Position numbers and translations under genes: made by a program
Part shown: one piece after another, positions 31,003 to 38,561 of the stretch
Position numbering within the stretch: position 1 is the first letter of the stretch
Layout: every line of letters starts with the position of its first letter
The notes under the pieces: model-generated
Database searches by the model: none
What the model was told of the DNA's origin: nothing
The model's input: only the letters and a program-made list of their open reading frames with translations
Assembly: GCA_041288095.1 (NCBI GenBank)
Contig: JBGGMJ010000192.1
Coordinates: forward strand, 1-53,068
Length of the DNA stretch: 53,068 nt
Source: Myxococcota bacterium
Lineage (GTDB): Bacteria > Myxococcota > XYA12-FULL-58-9 > JALHOP01
Reading direction: 5' to 3'

Positions 31003-31093
31003 GGTTTTTCCGACGCAGTCCCGAATACTTAACAGGGTAGGTCGTTCCAGGATGAAACGCCCACCAATCTAGTAACGACGCCCCCCTACACTG

Positions 31094-31780
31094 TCAAACC
31101 GTGGAACCTCTACCTGCACGCATGCGCAGGAGCGCCTCGGCGACGTGCAGGTCGTCGGCGTCGTCGATATCCAGGCTGCGCTGCTTCGGCATCGCTACGC
31201 CGATGCTCTTGCCCGCCACCACGAAGCGCTCGTGCTCGCGCAGCCACCGCGGGCTCGCGACATAGACGGCGCCGTTCAGCCGCCAGCAGGTCGGTTCTTC
31301 CTGTCGCCGGCCCGGTCGGCGCGGGCCCAATGCGACCAGCTTTTCGCCCCGCATGCCGAAGCGCAACGACGCCGGCGTATCGACGCACACGGTGGCCACG
31401 CCGACGCGGTGTCGCTTCCAGGCTCCGACCGCGTTGCGAATGTCTCGCGGCAGAGTGAGCGGTGTCGTCGCGGACAGGAGCACGACGAGGTCGCAATGGC
31501 TGCCGGCCAGCGCGTGCAGGACCACGTCAACGAGTCGGGCACGGTCACCGGCGAGCTCCTCGGGACGCTCGATGATGCTCGCTCCCGCCTTCCTGGCGAG
31601 CTTCGCGTACGCGGCGCTGTCGGTGCTGACGGCGATGCTCCAATGTTCGCCGCGGCGGACACTGGAGCGAGCGAGATGAATGGCCTGGCTGAGCAAGGCC
31701 TCGCCACCGACGACACGCACGTTCTTGTGGCGCAGCCCCTTCGAGCCGGAGCGTGCCGGGATGAGCGCCAGGACGTTCAC
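31094..31780 (-). CDS. Acylneuraminate (nonulosonate) cytidylyltransferase family protein
   Basis: LIPARSGSKGL..KN, VSTDS, RPEELAGD, NGAVY, SLDIDDADD; GTG overlaps the uvrC stop. Confidence 0.88.
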   Translation of the reverse strand: MNVLALIPARSGSKGLRHKNVRVVGGEALLSQAIHLARSSVRRGEHWSIAVSTDSAAYAKLARKAGASIIERPEELAGDRARLVDVVLHALAGSHCDLVVLLSATTPLTLPRDIRNAVGAWKRHRVGVATVCVDTPASLRFGMRGEKLVALGPRRPGRRQEEPTCWRLNGAVYVASPRWLREHERFVVAGKSIGVAMPKQRSLDIDDADDLHVAEALLRMRAGRGSTV

Positions 31781-33747
31781 GATGCGTCCTTGGCGGCCTT
31801 CTCGGCGAGGCCATCGAGTACTTTGCGGGCGGTGGCGGTGCCGACCACCTTGGCGACATCTTCGAAGCTCGCGGCGCGCAGACGGGTGATGGAGCCGAAG
31901 GTTCGCAGGAGTAACTTGCGACGTTTCGGGCCGACGCCGGGAATATTGTCGAGCGCGGTTCGCGTGCTCGCTTTGCCGCGGAGCTGGCGATGGAAGGTGA
32001 TGGCGAAGCGGTGGGCTTCGTCGCGAGCCCGCGTGAGCAAGAAGAGCTCGGCGGAGTTCTGGCGCAACACCACGGCGTCCTTGCGCCCGGAGACGAAGAC
32101 GCGCTCCGGTGAGCGCTGGATTTCGGTGGGCACGTCGGAGCTGTCGTACGTAGCCTGACTCATCTCGGTGACGGTCTCGGCGCCGGCGAGTGAGTCGCTC
32201 GCGGCTTCCAGCACCGCAAGGTCGCTCATGTCGACGGATGTGACGCTATCGCGGACATCATCGGTCTGGACACGGGACTTCGCGAGCGAAATGAGATCGA
32301 CGTCGTGCACCGCGTGGTCGTCGAGCGCCGCGCGCGCGGCCGCGAGCTGCCCCTTGCCGCCGTCGATGACGATGAGGTCGGGCAGGTCTTGCTCCTCGAG
32401 CCCGCGGCGGGCTCGCCGATTGATGACCTCGTACATCGACTGGAAATCGTCCTGACCAGCGGTCGTGCGGATCTTGTAGTGGCGGTAGAGGTCCTTGTTG
32501 GGCATGCCATGGTCGAAGCGCACCAAGCTGGCGACGATCTGACCACCTTGGAAGTGCGAGATGTCGAAGCACTCGATCCGCTCTGGCGGACGGCGCAGAT
32601 GCAAGGCCCGTTGCAGCCTCTCCACCGACGTCTTGGCGGCCCCGGCTTCGCGCATCTTGTCGACGAAAGCTTGATGAGCGTTCTTGCCGGCGAGCTCGAT
32701 GAGGCGCGCTTTCTCGCCGCGTTGTGGCGTGAGGACAGCCACCCTACGGCCGCGCTTTTCGGAGAGCAGGTCGGCGAGCGCCGCGTCCCACTCGAACTCG
32801 GGGGGGAAAAGAATCTCGTCCGGTACATCGCTCTCGGCGGTGTAAAAGCGGCCGGCGAAGTCGCTCAAGATCTCCGACGTCTCCTGCTCGAGGCCGTCGA
32901 ACGAATAGCGCTGCGCGTCGATGAGCCGGCCATCGCGTGTGCGCATGACGTGGATCTCGACGTTGGGACCCTCACGGTAGATGCCGACGACGTCGCGGTT
33001 CACGAAGTCGCTGGTCACCATCTTCTGGCGCTCGAGCGAGCGTTGCACGGCGAGCATCTGATCGCGGATCAACGCCGCGGCTTCGAAGGCCTCCTCGGTG
33101 GCGCGGGCGCGCATGCGCGTCTCGAGCGTGGTCACGAGCTCGGACTCCTTGCCCTCGAGAAAGGCGATGACACTCTCGACGTTCTGCGCGTACTCGCCTT
33201 GCGAGAGGTCGAACACGCAGGGCGCGGGGCAACGCTTGATCTGGTACTGCAAGCAGGGACGCACGCGGTTCGCGAGCACCTGGTCGTTGCAGGTGCGCAG
33301 CTGAAAATGCCGGTTCACCAGGCGGACGACTTCGCGCAGCGAATGCGCCGAGTGGTACGGTCCGAAATAGCGTGCGCCGTCCTTGCCGAAGCGGCGCACC
33401 ACCTGGAGGCGGGGATACGGCTCGCGGGTGTCGAGGCGAATGCACAGGAAGCGCTTGTCGTCCTTCAGATGGATGTTGAAGCGCGGCGTGTGCTCCTTGA
33501 TGAGCTCGCTCTCGACGAGCATCGCCTCCTTCTCGTTGTTGGTGAGCACGACATCGAGGTCGGCGAGCATCCGGTCGAGGAGCGAAACGAAAGGGCGGGT
33601 ATCAGATCCCGAGAAGTAGCTGCGTACGCGATCGCGGAGGCTCTTGGCCTTGCCGATGTAGAAGACGACGCCCTTCGCGTCGCGCATGATGTAGACGCCG
33701 GGACTGTGCGGCAGCGCGGCAATCTTGTCGGCGATGTGCGAGCGCAT
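31777..33747 (-). CDS. uvrC: Excinuclease ABC subunit C
   Basis: PGVY...YIGKAKSLRDRVRSYF (GIY-YIG), IECFDISH, PDLIVIDGGKGQL, RDEAHRFA, C-terminal HhH. Confidence 0.97.
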   Translation of the reverse strand: MRSHIADKIAALPHSPGVYIMRDAKGVVFYIGKAKSLRDRVRSYFSGSDTRPFVSLLDRMLADLDVVLTNNEKEAMLVESELIKEHTPRFNIHLKDDKRFLCIRLDTREPYPRLQVVRRFGKDGARYFGPYHSAHSLREVVRLVNRHFQLRTCNDQVLANRVRPCLQYQIKRCPAPCVFDLSQGEYAQNVESVIAFLEGKESELVTTLETRMRARATEEAFEAAALIRDQMLAVQRSLERQKMVTSDFVNRDVVGIYREGPNVEIHVMRTRDGRLIDAQRYSFDGLEQETSEILSDFAGRFYTAESDVPDEILFPPEFEWDAALADLLSEKRGRRVAVLTPQRGEKARLIELAGKNAHQAFVDKMREAGAAKTSVERLQRALHLRRPPERIECFDISHFQGGQIVASLVRFDHGMPNKDLYRHYKIRTTAGQDDFQSMYEVINRRARRGLEEQDLPDLIVIDGGKGQLAAARAALDDHAVHDVDLISLAKSRVQTDDVRDSVTSVDMSDLAVLEAASDSLAGAETVTEMSQATYDSSDVPTEIQRSPERVFVSGRKDAVVLRQNSAELFLLTRARDEAHRFAITFHRQLRGKASTRTALDNIPGVGPKRRKLLLRTFGSITRLRAASFEDVAKVVGTATARKVLDGLAEKAAKDAS

Positions 33748-33807
33748 CCGCCGCCGTTTCTAGAACGCGGTGTGTGTGACCGCAACGCCGCGCGGGTCGA
33801 AGTGCGG

Positions 33808-33851
33808 CAATAATGGCGCCCGAGATGGGGAGCTACCCCATCTCGGACACC
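33808..33851 (-). terminator. Terminator-like hairpin GGUGUCCGAGAUGGGG-UAGCU-CCCCAUCUCGGGCGCC-AUUAUU
   Basis: 11 perfect bp plus 5 bp with two G-U pairs on the minus strand only; the tail is AU-rich, not poly-U. Confidence 0.55.
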
Positions 33852-33866
33852 TGCGAGAATTCAGCT

Positions 33867-33940
33867 CGGGCAAGCTGGATCTCAATACGGGCTAACTTCT
33901 CGGCCGCCCGGGCAGGCGGCCCTCTAACAACGGGCTAACT
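33867..33940. repeat. Four phased CGGGCW repeats (period 21, 21, 22 bp)
   Basis: CGGGC at 33867, 33888, 33909 and 33931. Copies 1 and 3 are CGGGCA hairpin loops; copies 2 and 4 lie in the identical ACGGGCTAACT. Confidence 0.8.
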
Positions 33941-34003
33941 GGCGCAGCTTGGGAGCGAGAGCCAGAACGACGGTAAGGGCTGCCCCAAACATCGTTACTG
34001 AGT

Positions 34004-34030
34004 TTTTCGGCGAGCGGCTGACAAAGTTGC
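34004..34030 (-). promoter_or_regulatory. sigma28-like promoter GCAAC-N14-GCCGAAAA
   Basis: Same motif and spacing as the 22006-22032 and 34055-34081 copies. Confidence 0.6.
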
Positions 34031-34054
34031 TGAAAAACTGACGTGCCGCAGCAC

Positions 34055-34081
34055 GCAACACCGCCGTTGTCGGTCCGATAA
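34055..34081 (+). promoter_or_regulatory. sigma28-like promoter GCAAC-N14-TCCGATAA
   Basis: 53 nt upstream of ATG 34135; back-to-back with the minus-strand copy. Confidence 0.6.
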
Positions 34082-34134
34082 GGTGTCCACTTCCGTCACA
34101 CGGGCGTGGCGAAGTTTGGGAGCGAGAAAAAATT

Positions 34135-34896
34135 ATGACTTCTGTTCAACAGAAGGCTAGCAGCCTTGCTGACCGCGCTATCGCGGCCGGCGCTGAAGCC
34201 TCGGGCAAGTTGAAGGTAACTGGAACTATTGTTGCGGGCGTCACCGGTGTTGTGACTGTCCCCGCCGGCGCCGTCGTTGGTGGCGTTGGTAACGGCCTCA
34301 TCGAAGCCGGCAAGGGCGTGCGCGATGCGTATCGTCCCGGCGAGAAGGGCGCGCCGATCTTCAACCAGAACCGCACCATCCAGGCGGCGGGCATGCTCGG
34401 CGTTGCGACTGCCACTCTGGCGGGCGTTGCCGCGATCGCTGGTCTTTCGGTTCCGGGCCTCGGCCCCATCACCCTGCCGGCCGCCGGCGCTCTCGGCGTC
34501 TTCGCCGCTGGCGCGGGCTTCGTTGGCGCGGGCGTGGTCAACGGCGTTGTCGCCGGTGTCCAGGGCATGGGCGCGGGCGGACTCAAGGGCGCGAAGGCCG
34601 GCATCGGCGTGGCGAAGGCCACCGGTGCGGTCGCTCAAGAGATCACCGACGACGCGGTGAAGGTCGTCAAGCAGGTTGCCAAGGACGCGGTTCGCGCGGC
34701 CGGCATCCTCGTGCACAACGGCGCCGAGGCCACTCGTGAAGGTTACGAGGAGCTGAGCGTCAAGGAAGCCGACGGCGCGCAGATCGTTGCCGACGCCCTC
34801 AAGGCGAAGGCGAACGCGGTTGCCAACGGTGGCCCGCGCTACGACGCGAACGGCAAGAAGCTTGCGGACTTCCCCCCGGATTACAAGCAGCTGTAA
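34135..34896 (+). CDS. Gly/Ala/Val-rich glycine-zipper protein (orphan, possibly membrane-active)
   Basis: GGGAG RBS; long hydrophobic GxxxG runs; no Sec signal; own terminator. Confidence 0.8.
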   Translation: MTSVQQKASSLADRAIAAGAEASGKLKVTGTIVAGVTGVVTVPAGAVVGGVGNGLIEAGKGVRDAYRPGEKGAPIFNQNRTIQAAGMLGVATATLAGVAAIAGLSVPGLGPITLPAAGALGVFAAGAGFVGAGVVNGVVAGVQGMGAGGLKGAKAGIGVAKATGAVAQEITDDAVKVVKQVAKDAVRAAGILVHNGAEATREGYEELSVKEADGAQIVADALKAKANAVANGGPRYDANGKKLADFPPDYKQL

Positions 34897-34930
34897 AGGC
34901 TGGTCGCGATAGCGATCACATAGAATAACG

Positions 34931-34977
34931 AAGGGGCGTCGCTCGCTGTCAAAGGCGGGCGACGCCTTTACGTTTTT
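34931..34977 (+). terminator. Intrinsic terminator of the glycine-zipper gene
   Basis: GGCGTCGCTCGC...GCGGGCGACGCC stem (plus-strand G-U) followed by TTTACGTTTTT. Confidence 0.75.
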
Positions 34978-35166
34978 AACGGCCCGCAGGGGCGGGCCTA
35001 TCGTCGAGATCGCCGCAAAAAAACGGCGGCTAACCCGACGCCAGTTGCCGGTGGCACTTCGAGCGCGCCGGGTTGCGGCAACGTGGTGGCGCCGCGCGGG
35101 AATGACCGGGCTCTCTCGTCTTGCACCGCAACGTTGTCGCCCGCGCTCTGCTTGCCGGTCGTGCTC

Positions 35167-37182
35167 TTACGCCGCGTCGTCGCCGCTGCCGCCGAACGCC
35201 AGGTAGACCTGCTCCAGCTCCTTGATCCGATCCCGCAACTGCGCCGCCCTCTCGAACTCCAGCGCATCCGAAGCCTTGTGCATGTCAGCCTTCAGCTTCT
35301 TCAGGAGATCCGGAATCTCCTCCGCCTTCATGTCCCGCTTCGCCGTCCCGTCATCGACCAAGAGATTGTCCGTCTGCACCGGCGACATCTCGCGGATGGC
35401 CTTGCGGATCGTCTGCGGCGTGATTCCATTCGCCTGATTGAAGGCAACCTGCCTCTCGCGGCGTCTGTTGGTCTCTTCGATGGCGGAGCGCATGGAGGCC
35501 GTCATGGTGTCGCCGTAGAGCACGACCCGGCCTTCGATGTTGCGGGCGGCGCGGCCGATCGTTTGGATGAGCGACGTGCTCGAGCGCAGGAAACCTTCCT
35601 TGTCGGCGTCGAGCACCGCGACCAGCGCCACCTCGGGTAGGTCCAAGCCTTCGCGCAACAGGTTGATGCCCACCAGCACGTCGTAGGTGCCGAGGCGCAG
35701 CTCGCGCAGGATTTCGATGCGCTCGAGCGTGTTGATGTCCGAGTGCAGGTAGCGCACCCGAACTCCCGCTTCGGAGAGAAACTCGGTGAGGTCCTCCGCC
35801 ATGCGCTTGGTGAGAGTCGTGACGAGCACGCGCTGCTTCTTGTCGACCGTCTTGCGGATCTCTTCGAGGAGGTCGTCGACCTGGGTGCTCGCCTTCTTCA
35901 CCTCGACCTGGGGATCGACGAGCCCGGTCGGCCGGATGATCTGCTCCACCAACACGCCCTGCGACTGTTCGAGCTCGTAGTCGGAGGGAGTCGCCGAGAC
36001 GAACATGGCGCGGTCGACCAGTCCTTCGAACTCGTCGAAGCGCAGCGGGCGGTTGTCGAGGGCACTGGGCAGGCGGAAGCCGTAGTTCACCAATGTCTCT
36101 TTGCGGGCGCGGTCGCCGCGGTACATGGCGCCAATCTGCGGCACGGTCTGGTGCGACTCGTCGATGACCAGCAGGAAGTCGTCCGGGAAGTAGTCGATGA
36201 GCGTCGGCGGTGGCTCGCCTGGTTGTCGGCCGGTGAGGTGACGCGAGTAGTTCTCGATGCCGTTGCAGTAGCCGAGCTGTTCGATCATCTCGAGGTCGAA
36301 CATCGTGCGTTGTTCCAGGCGCTGGGCTTCGAGGAGCTTGCCGGCGCCACGCAACATGTCCAGGCGGTCGCGTAGCTCGTCGCGGATGGTCCCCATGGCG
36401 CGGGTTCGGATCTGTGACGTCGTGACGTAGTGGGTGGAAGGGTAGATGGCCACCTTCTCGACGTCGGCGATCTTCTTGCCGCGGAGCGGATCGATGATGG
36501 CGATCTGATCGATCTCGTCGCCAAACCACTCGATGCGCACCGCCCGTTCCTCTTCGTGGGCGGGAAACACCTCGAGCACGTCGCCCCGCACCCGGAAGGT
36601 GCCGCGATGGAAGTCGATCTGGTTCCGTTCGTATTGGATCTCGGCCAGCTTGCGCAGCACCGCGTCACGGTCGACCGTCTCGCCTTTCTGCACGAACACG
36701 AGCTGATCGTAATACGCCTCCGCCGAGCCGAGGCCGTAGATGCAGGAGACGCTCGAGACGATGATGACGTCGTTGCGTTCGAGCAGCGCCCGCGTCGCCG
36801 AGTGACGCATGCGGTCGATGGCTTCGTTGATGCTCGAATCCTTCGCGATGTACGTGTCCGACGACGGCACATAGGCCTCGGGTTGGTAGTAGTCGTAGTA
36901 CGACACGAAGTATTCGACGGCGTTGTCGGGGAAGAGCTCCTTGAACTCGCCGTAGAGCTGCGCCGCCAGCGTCTTGTTGTGCGCGATGACGAGCGTCGGC
37001 AGTCCGAGCCGCGCGGCGACGTTCGCCATGGTGAACGTCTTGCCCGATCCGGTGACGCCGAGGAGCGTCTGACGCTTCTCGCCACGACCAAAACCGGCGA
37101 CCAATTCCTCGATGGCGCGAGGCTGATCACCACTCGGTGTGAGCTCTGTGCGCAAAACGAAGCGATTTTGTGCTCTCCGCAT
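35167..37182 (-). CDS. uvrB: Excinuclease ABC subunit B
   Basis: [52 protein letters not shown]-terminal UVR domain. Confidence 0.98.
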   Translation of the reverse strand: MRRAQNRFVLRTELTPSGDQPRAIEELVAGFGRGEKRQTLLGVTGSGKTFTMANVAARLGLPTLVIAHNKTLAAQLYGEFKELFPDNAVEYFVSYYDYYQPEAYVPSSDTYIAKDSSINEAIDRMRHSATRALLERNDVIIVSSVSCIYGLGSAEAYYDQLVFVQKGETVDRDAVLRKLAEIQYERNQIDFHRGTFRVRGDVLEVFPAHEEERAVRIEWFGDEIDQIAIIDPLRGKKIADVEKVAIYPSTHYVTTSQIRTRAMGTIRDELRDRLDMLRGAGKLLEAQRLEQRTMFDLEMIEQLGYCNGIENYSRHLTGRQPGEPPPTLIDYFPDDFLLVIDESHQTVPQIGAMYRGDRARKETLVNYGFRLPSALDNRPLRFDEFEGLVDRAMFVSATPSDYELEQSQGVLVEQIIRPTGLVDPQVEVKKASTQVDDLLEEIRKTVDKKQRVLVTTLTKRMAEDLTEFLSEAGVRVRYLHSDINTLERIEILRELRLGTYDVLVGINLLREGLDLPEVALVAVLDADKEGFLRSSTSLIQTIGRAARNIEGRVVLYGDTMTASMRSAIEETNRRRERQVAFNQANGITPQTIRKAIREMSPVQTDNLLVDDGTAKRDMKAEEIPDLLKKLKADMHKASDALEFERAAQLRDRIKELEQVYLAFGGSGDDAA

Positions 37183-37395
37183 GAACTTTTTTTCCTAGCC
37201 GCGTACGCGCCGCGATCGCGCCAAAATCGCCGAAAAATCGTGTGTCGCTATAGCGCACACGGATCGATTTGAAGGCTCAATCATGCGGCTCTGCGGTGTC
37301 CGTTGTGGCGGATGGCGGGCGAAATTTGGTCTCGCGAAGCGCGACTTTAGCTCACGGAATCGCGGCCAGCGCCGCGTAACTACGTAAGTAAATCG

Positions 37396-37423
37396 TTGAC
37401 ACCAATTGTACGCGCGTTACACT
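37396..37423 (+). promoter_or_regulatory. sigma70 promoter TTGACA-N16-TACACT
   Basis: Consensus -35 and near-consensus -10 upstream of the microprotein ORF. Confidence 0.7.
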
Positions 37424-37461
37424 TGACATTGTTTCCCTAACCACCTTCTAGGAGGTTGGCA

Positions 37462-37551
37462 ATGGCTACTGCGAAGAAGAAGAAGGCTACTAAGAAGGCG
37501 AGCAAGAAGAAGGCGAAGAAATCTTCGCGCAAGAAGGCTAAGCGCAAGTAG
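37462..37551 (+). CDS. 29-aa Lys-rich histone-H1/protamine-like microprotein MATAKKKKATKKASKKKAKKSSRKKAKRK
   Basis: AGGAGG RBS, ATG, TAG; own promoter and terminator; below the ORF-track length cutoff. Confidence 0.85.
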   Translation: MATAKKKKATKKASKKKAKKSSRKKAKRK

Positions 37552-37582
37552 TTCGCGCATGGCTGCTCGTTTCTGAGTAGCG

Positions 37583-37615
37583 AAAGGGCAGCCGGTTGGC
37601 TGCCCTTTTTCTTTT
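37583..37615 (+). terminator. Intrinsic terminator AAAGGGCAGCC-GGTT-GGCTGCCCTTT-TTCTTTT
   Basis: Perfect 11-bp stem plus T tract. Confidence 0.9.
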
Positions 37616-37642
37616 CTGCCATCTGCTAACGCGGAGCCCCCC

Positions 37643-38530
37643 ATGCGCGTCTTCGTTACAGGCGGAACCGGCTACATCGGCGCCGCCGTCGCCCGTTGTC
37701 TGAAGAGCCGCGGTCATCACGTGACCATCCTGGTGCGGCGTGACGAAGCGGAGATAGCCGCGCGTGCCGCCGGCTACGACGTCATCCGGGGCGGGCTCGA
37801 GGACGCTTCGGCGCTCGCCAAGGGCGCGCTGGAAGCCGACGCGACCGTGCATGCCGCCACTACCGGTGATGACCACAGAGCGGCGGCCGATCTCGCAGCC
37901 GTGCGCGCCGTGGTTGGCGCCACGCGCGGTAGCGGCAAACGTTTCATCTACACCGGCGGCTGCTGGAGCTACGGCAACACCGGGAGCAAGGCCGCCGACG
38001 AGCTGACGTCGACCGCCGGAGCGACTCCTCTTTCCGCATGGCGCAACGCCGTCGAAGACGAGGTCGCGGCGGCGGCCGGCCACAATCTTCGTGTCGTCAT
38101 CATGCGTCCCGCGGTCGTCTACGGTGACATGGGCGGTTTGGTCGGCATGATGGCCGAGAGCGCCAAGAAGCAGGGCGTTTTGCGCTACGTCGGCACGCCG
38201 ACGACGCGTTGGACCTTCATTCACCTCGTCGATCTCGCGAATCTCTACGCACAGGTCGTCGAGCGGACGCCCGAGGGAGCCACCATCCTCAACGCGGCGA
38301 GTGACCAAGTGCTGCCGCTTGGGGAGGTCGCCTTGGCGGTGGCGCGAGCGCTACGCGTCGACCGCGTCGAGCCGTGGGCGGTCGACGATGCGCGCAAGAC
38401 GCTGGGCGCGTTCGCTGATGCGTTGGCGCTGGATCAGAACGTGAGCGGGAAGAAAGCGCGGCAGATGTACAAGTGGGCGGCGACGCAGCCGGGGGTGATT
38501 GCGGATTGCGCGGGGTTTGCGAGGTTGTGA
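37643..38530 (+). CDS. NAD-dependent epimerase/dehydratase (atypical SDR)
   Basis: VFVTGGTGYIG Rossmann motif; RPAVVYG; FIHLVDLANLY. Confidence 0.88.
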   Translation: MRVFVTGGTGYIGAAVARCLKSRGHHVTILVRRDEAEIAARAAGYDVIRGGLEDASALAKGALEADATVHAATTGDDHRAAADLAAVRAVVGATRGSGKRFIYTGGCWSYGNTGSKAADELTSTAGATPLSAWRNAVEDEVAAAAGHNLRVVIMRPAVVYGDMGGLVGMMAESAKKQGVLRYVGTPTTRWTFIHLVDLANLYAQVVERTPEGATILNAASDQVLPLGEVALAVARALRVDRVEPWAVDDARKTLGAFADALALDQNVSGKKARQMYKWAATQPGVIADCAGFARL

Positions 38531-38533
38531 CCG

Positions 38534-38561
38534 CCGATAACCGATAACCGATGGCCGATCA
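38534..38561. repeat. Heptamer tandem repeat CCGATAA-CCGATAA-CCGATGG-CCGATCA between convergent genes
   Basis: Read directly from the sequence. Confidence 0.7.

Larger units (their letters stand above)
33808..33997 (-). ncRNA. Putative structured RNA antisense to the RBS of the divergent 34135 gene
   Basis: Downstream of a sigma28-like promoter; several hairpins; 33940-33960 is 19/21 identical to 34107-34127; ends in a 16-bp stem (33815-33851) that needs minus-strand G-U pairs. Confidence 0.55.

Noticed and set aside
32305..33813. 502-aa plus-strand ORF opposite uvrC, and many similar long antisense ORFs (e.g. 1499-2605, 20861-22090, 35351-36529)
   Set aside because: Shadow ORFs expected from high GC3 codon bias; they overlap well-supported genes and have no motifs.
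33860..33960. Repeats read as a mini-CRISPR array or plasmid iterons
   Set aside because: Repeat units are only 5-11 nt, and no cas or rep gene is present.
34981..35060. Small hairpins and an A7 run downstream of uvrB as a separate ncRNA
   Set aside because: Most simply a weak minus-strand terminator region for uvrB; no promoter seen.
37377..37391. TAAC-N3-GTAA as a possible LexA box upstream of uvrB
   Set aside because: Imperfect match, no second copy seen at uvrC or mpg, and the LexA motif of this lineage is unknown.
38533..38561. GCCGATAA as a fourth sigma28-like promoter
   Set aside because: It is part of a heptamer tandem repeat between convergent genes, has no GCAAC at N14, and has no gene to drive.
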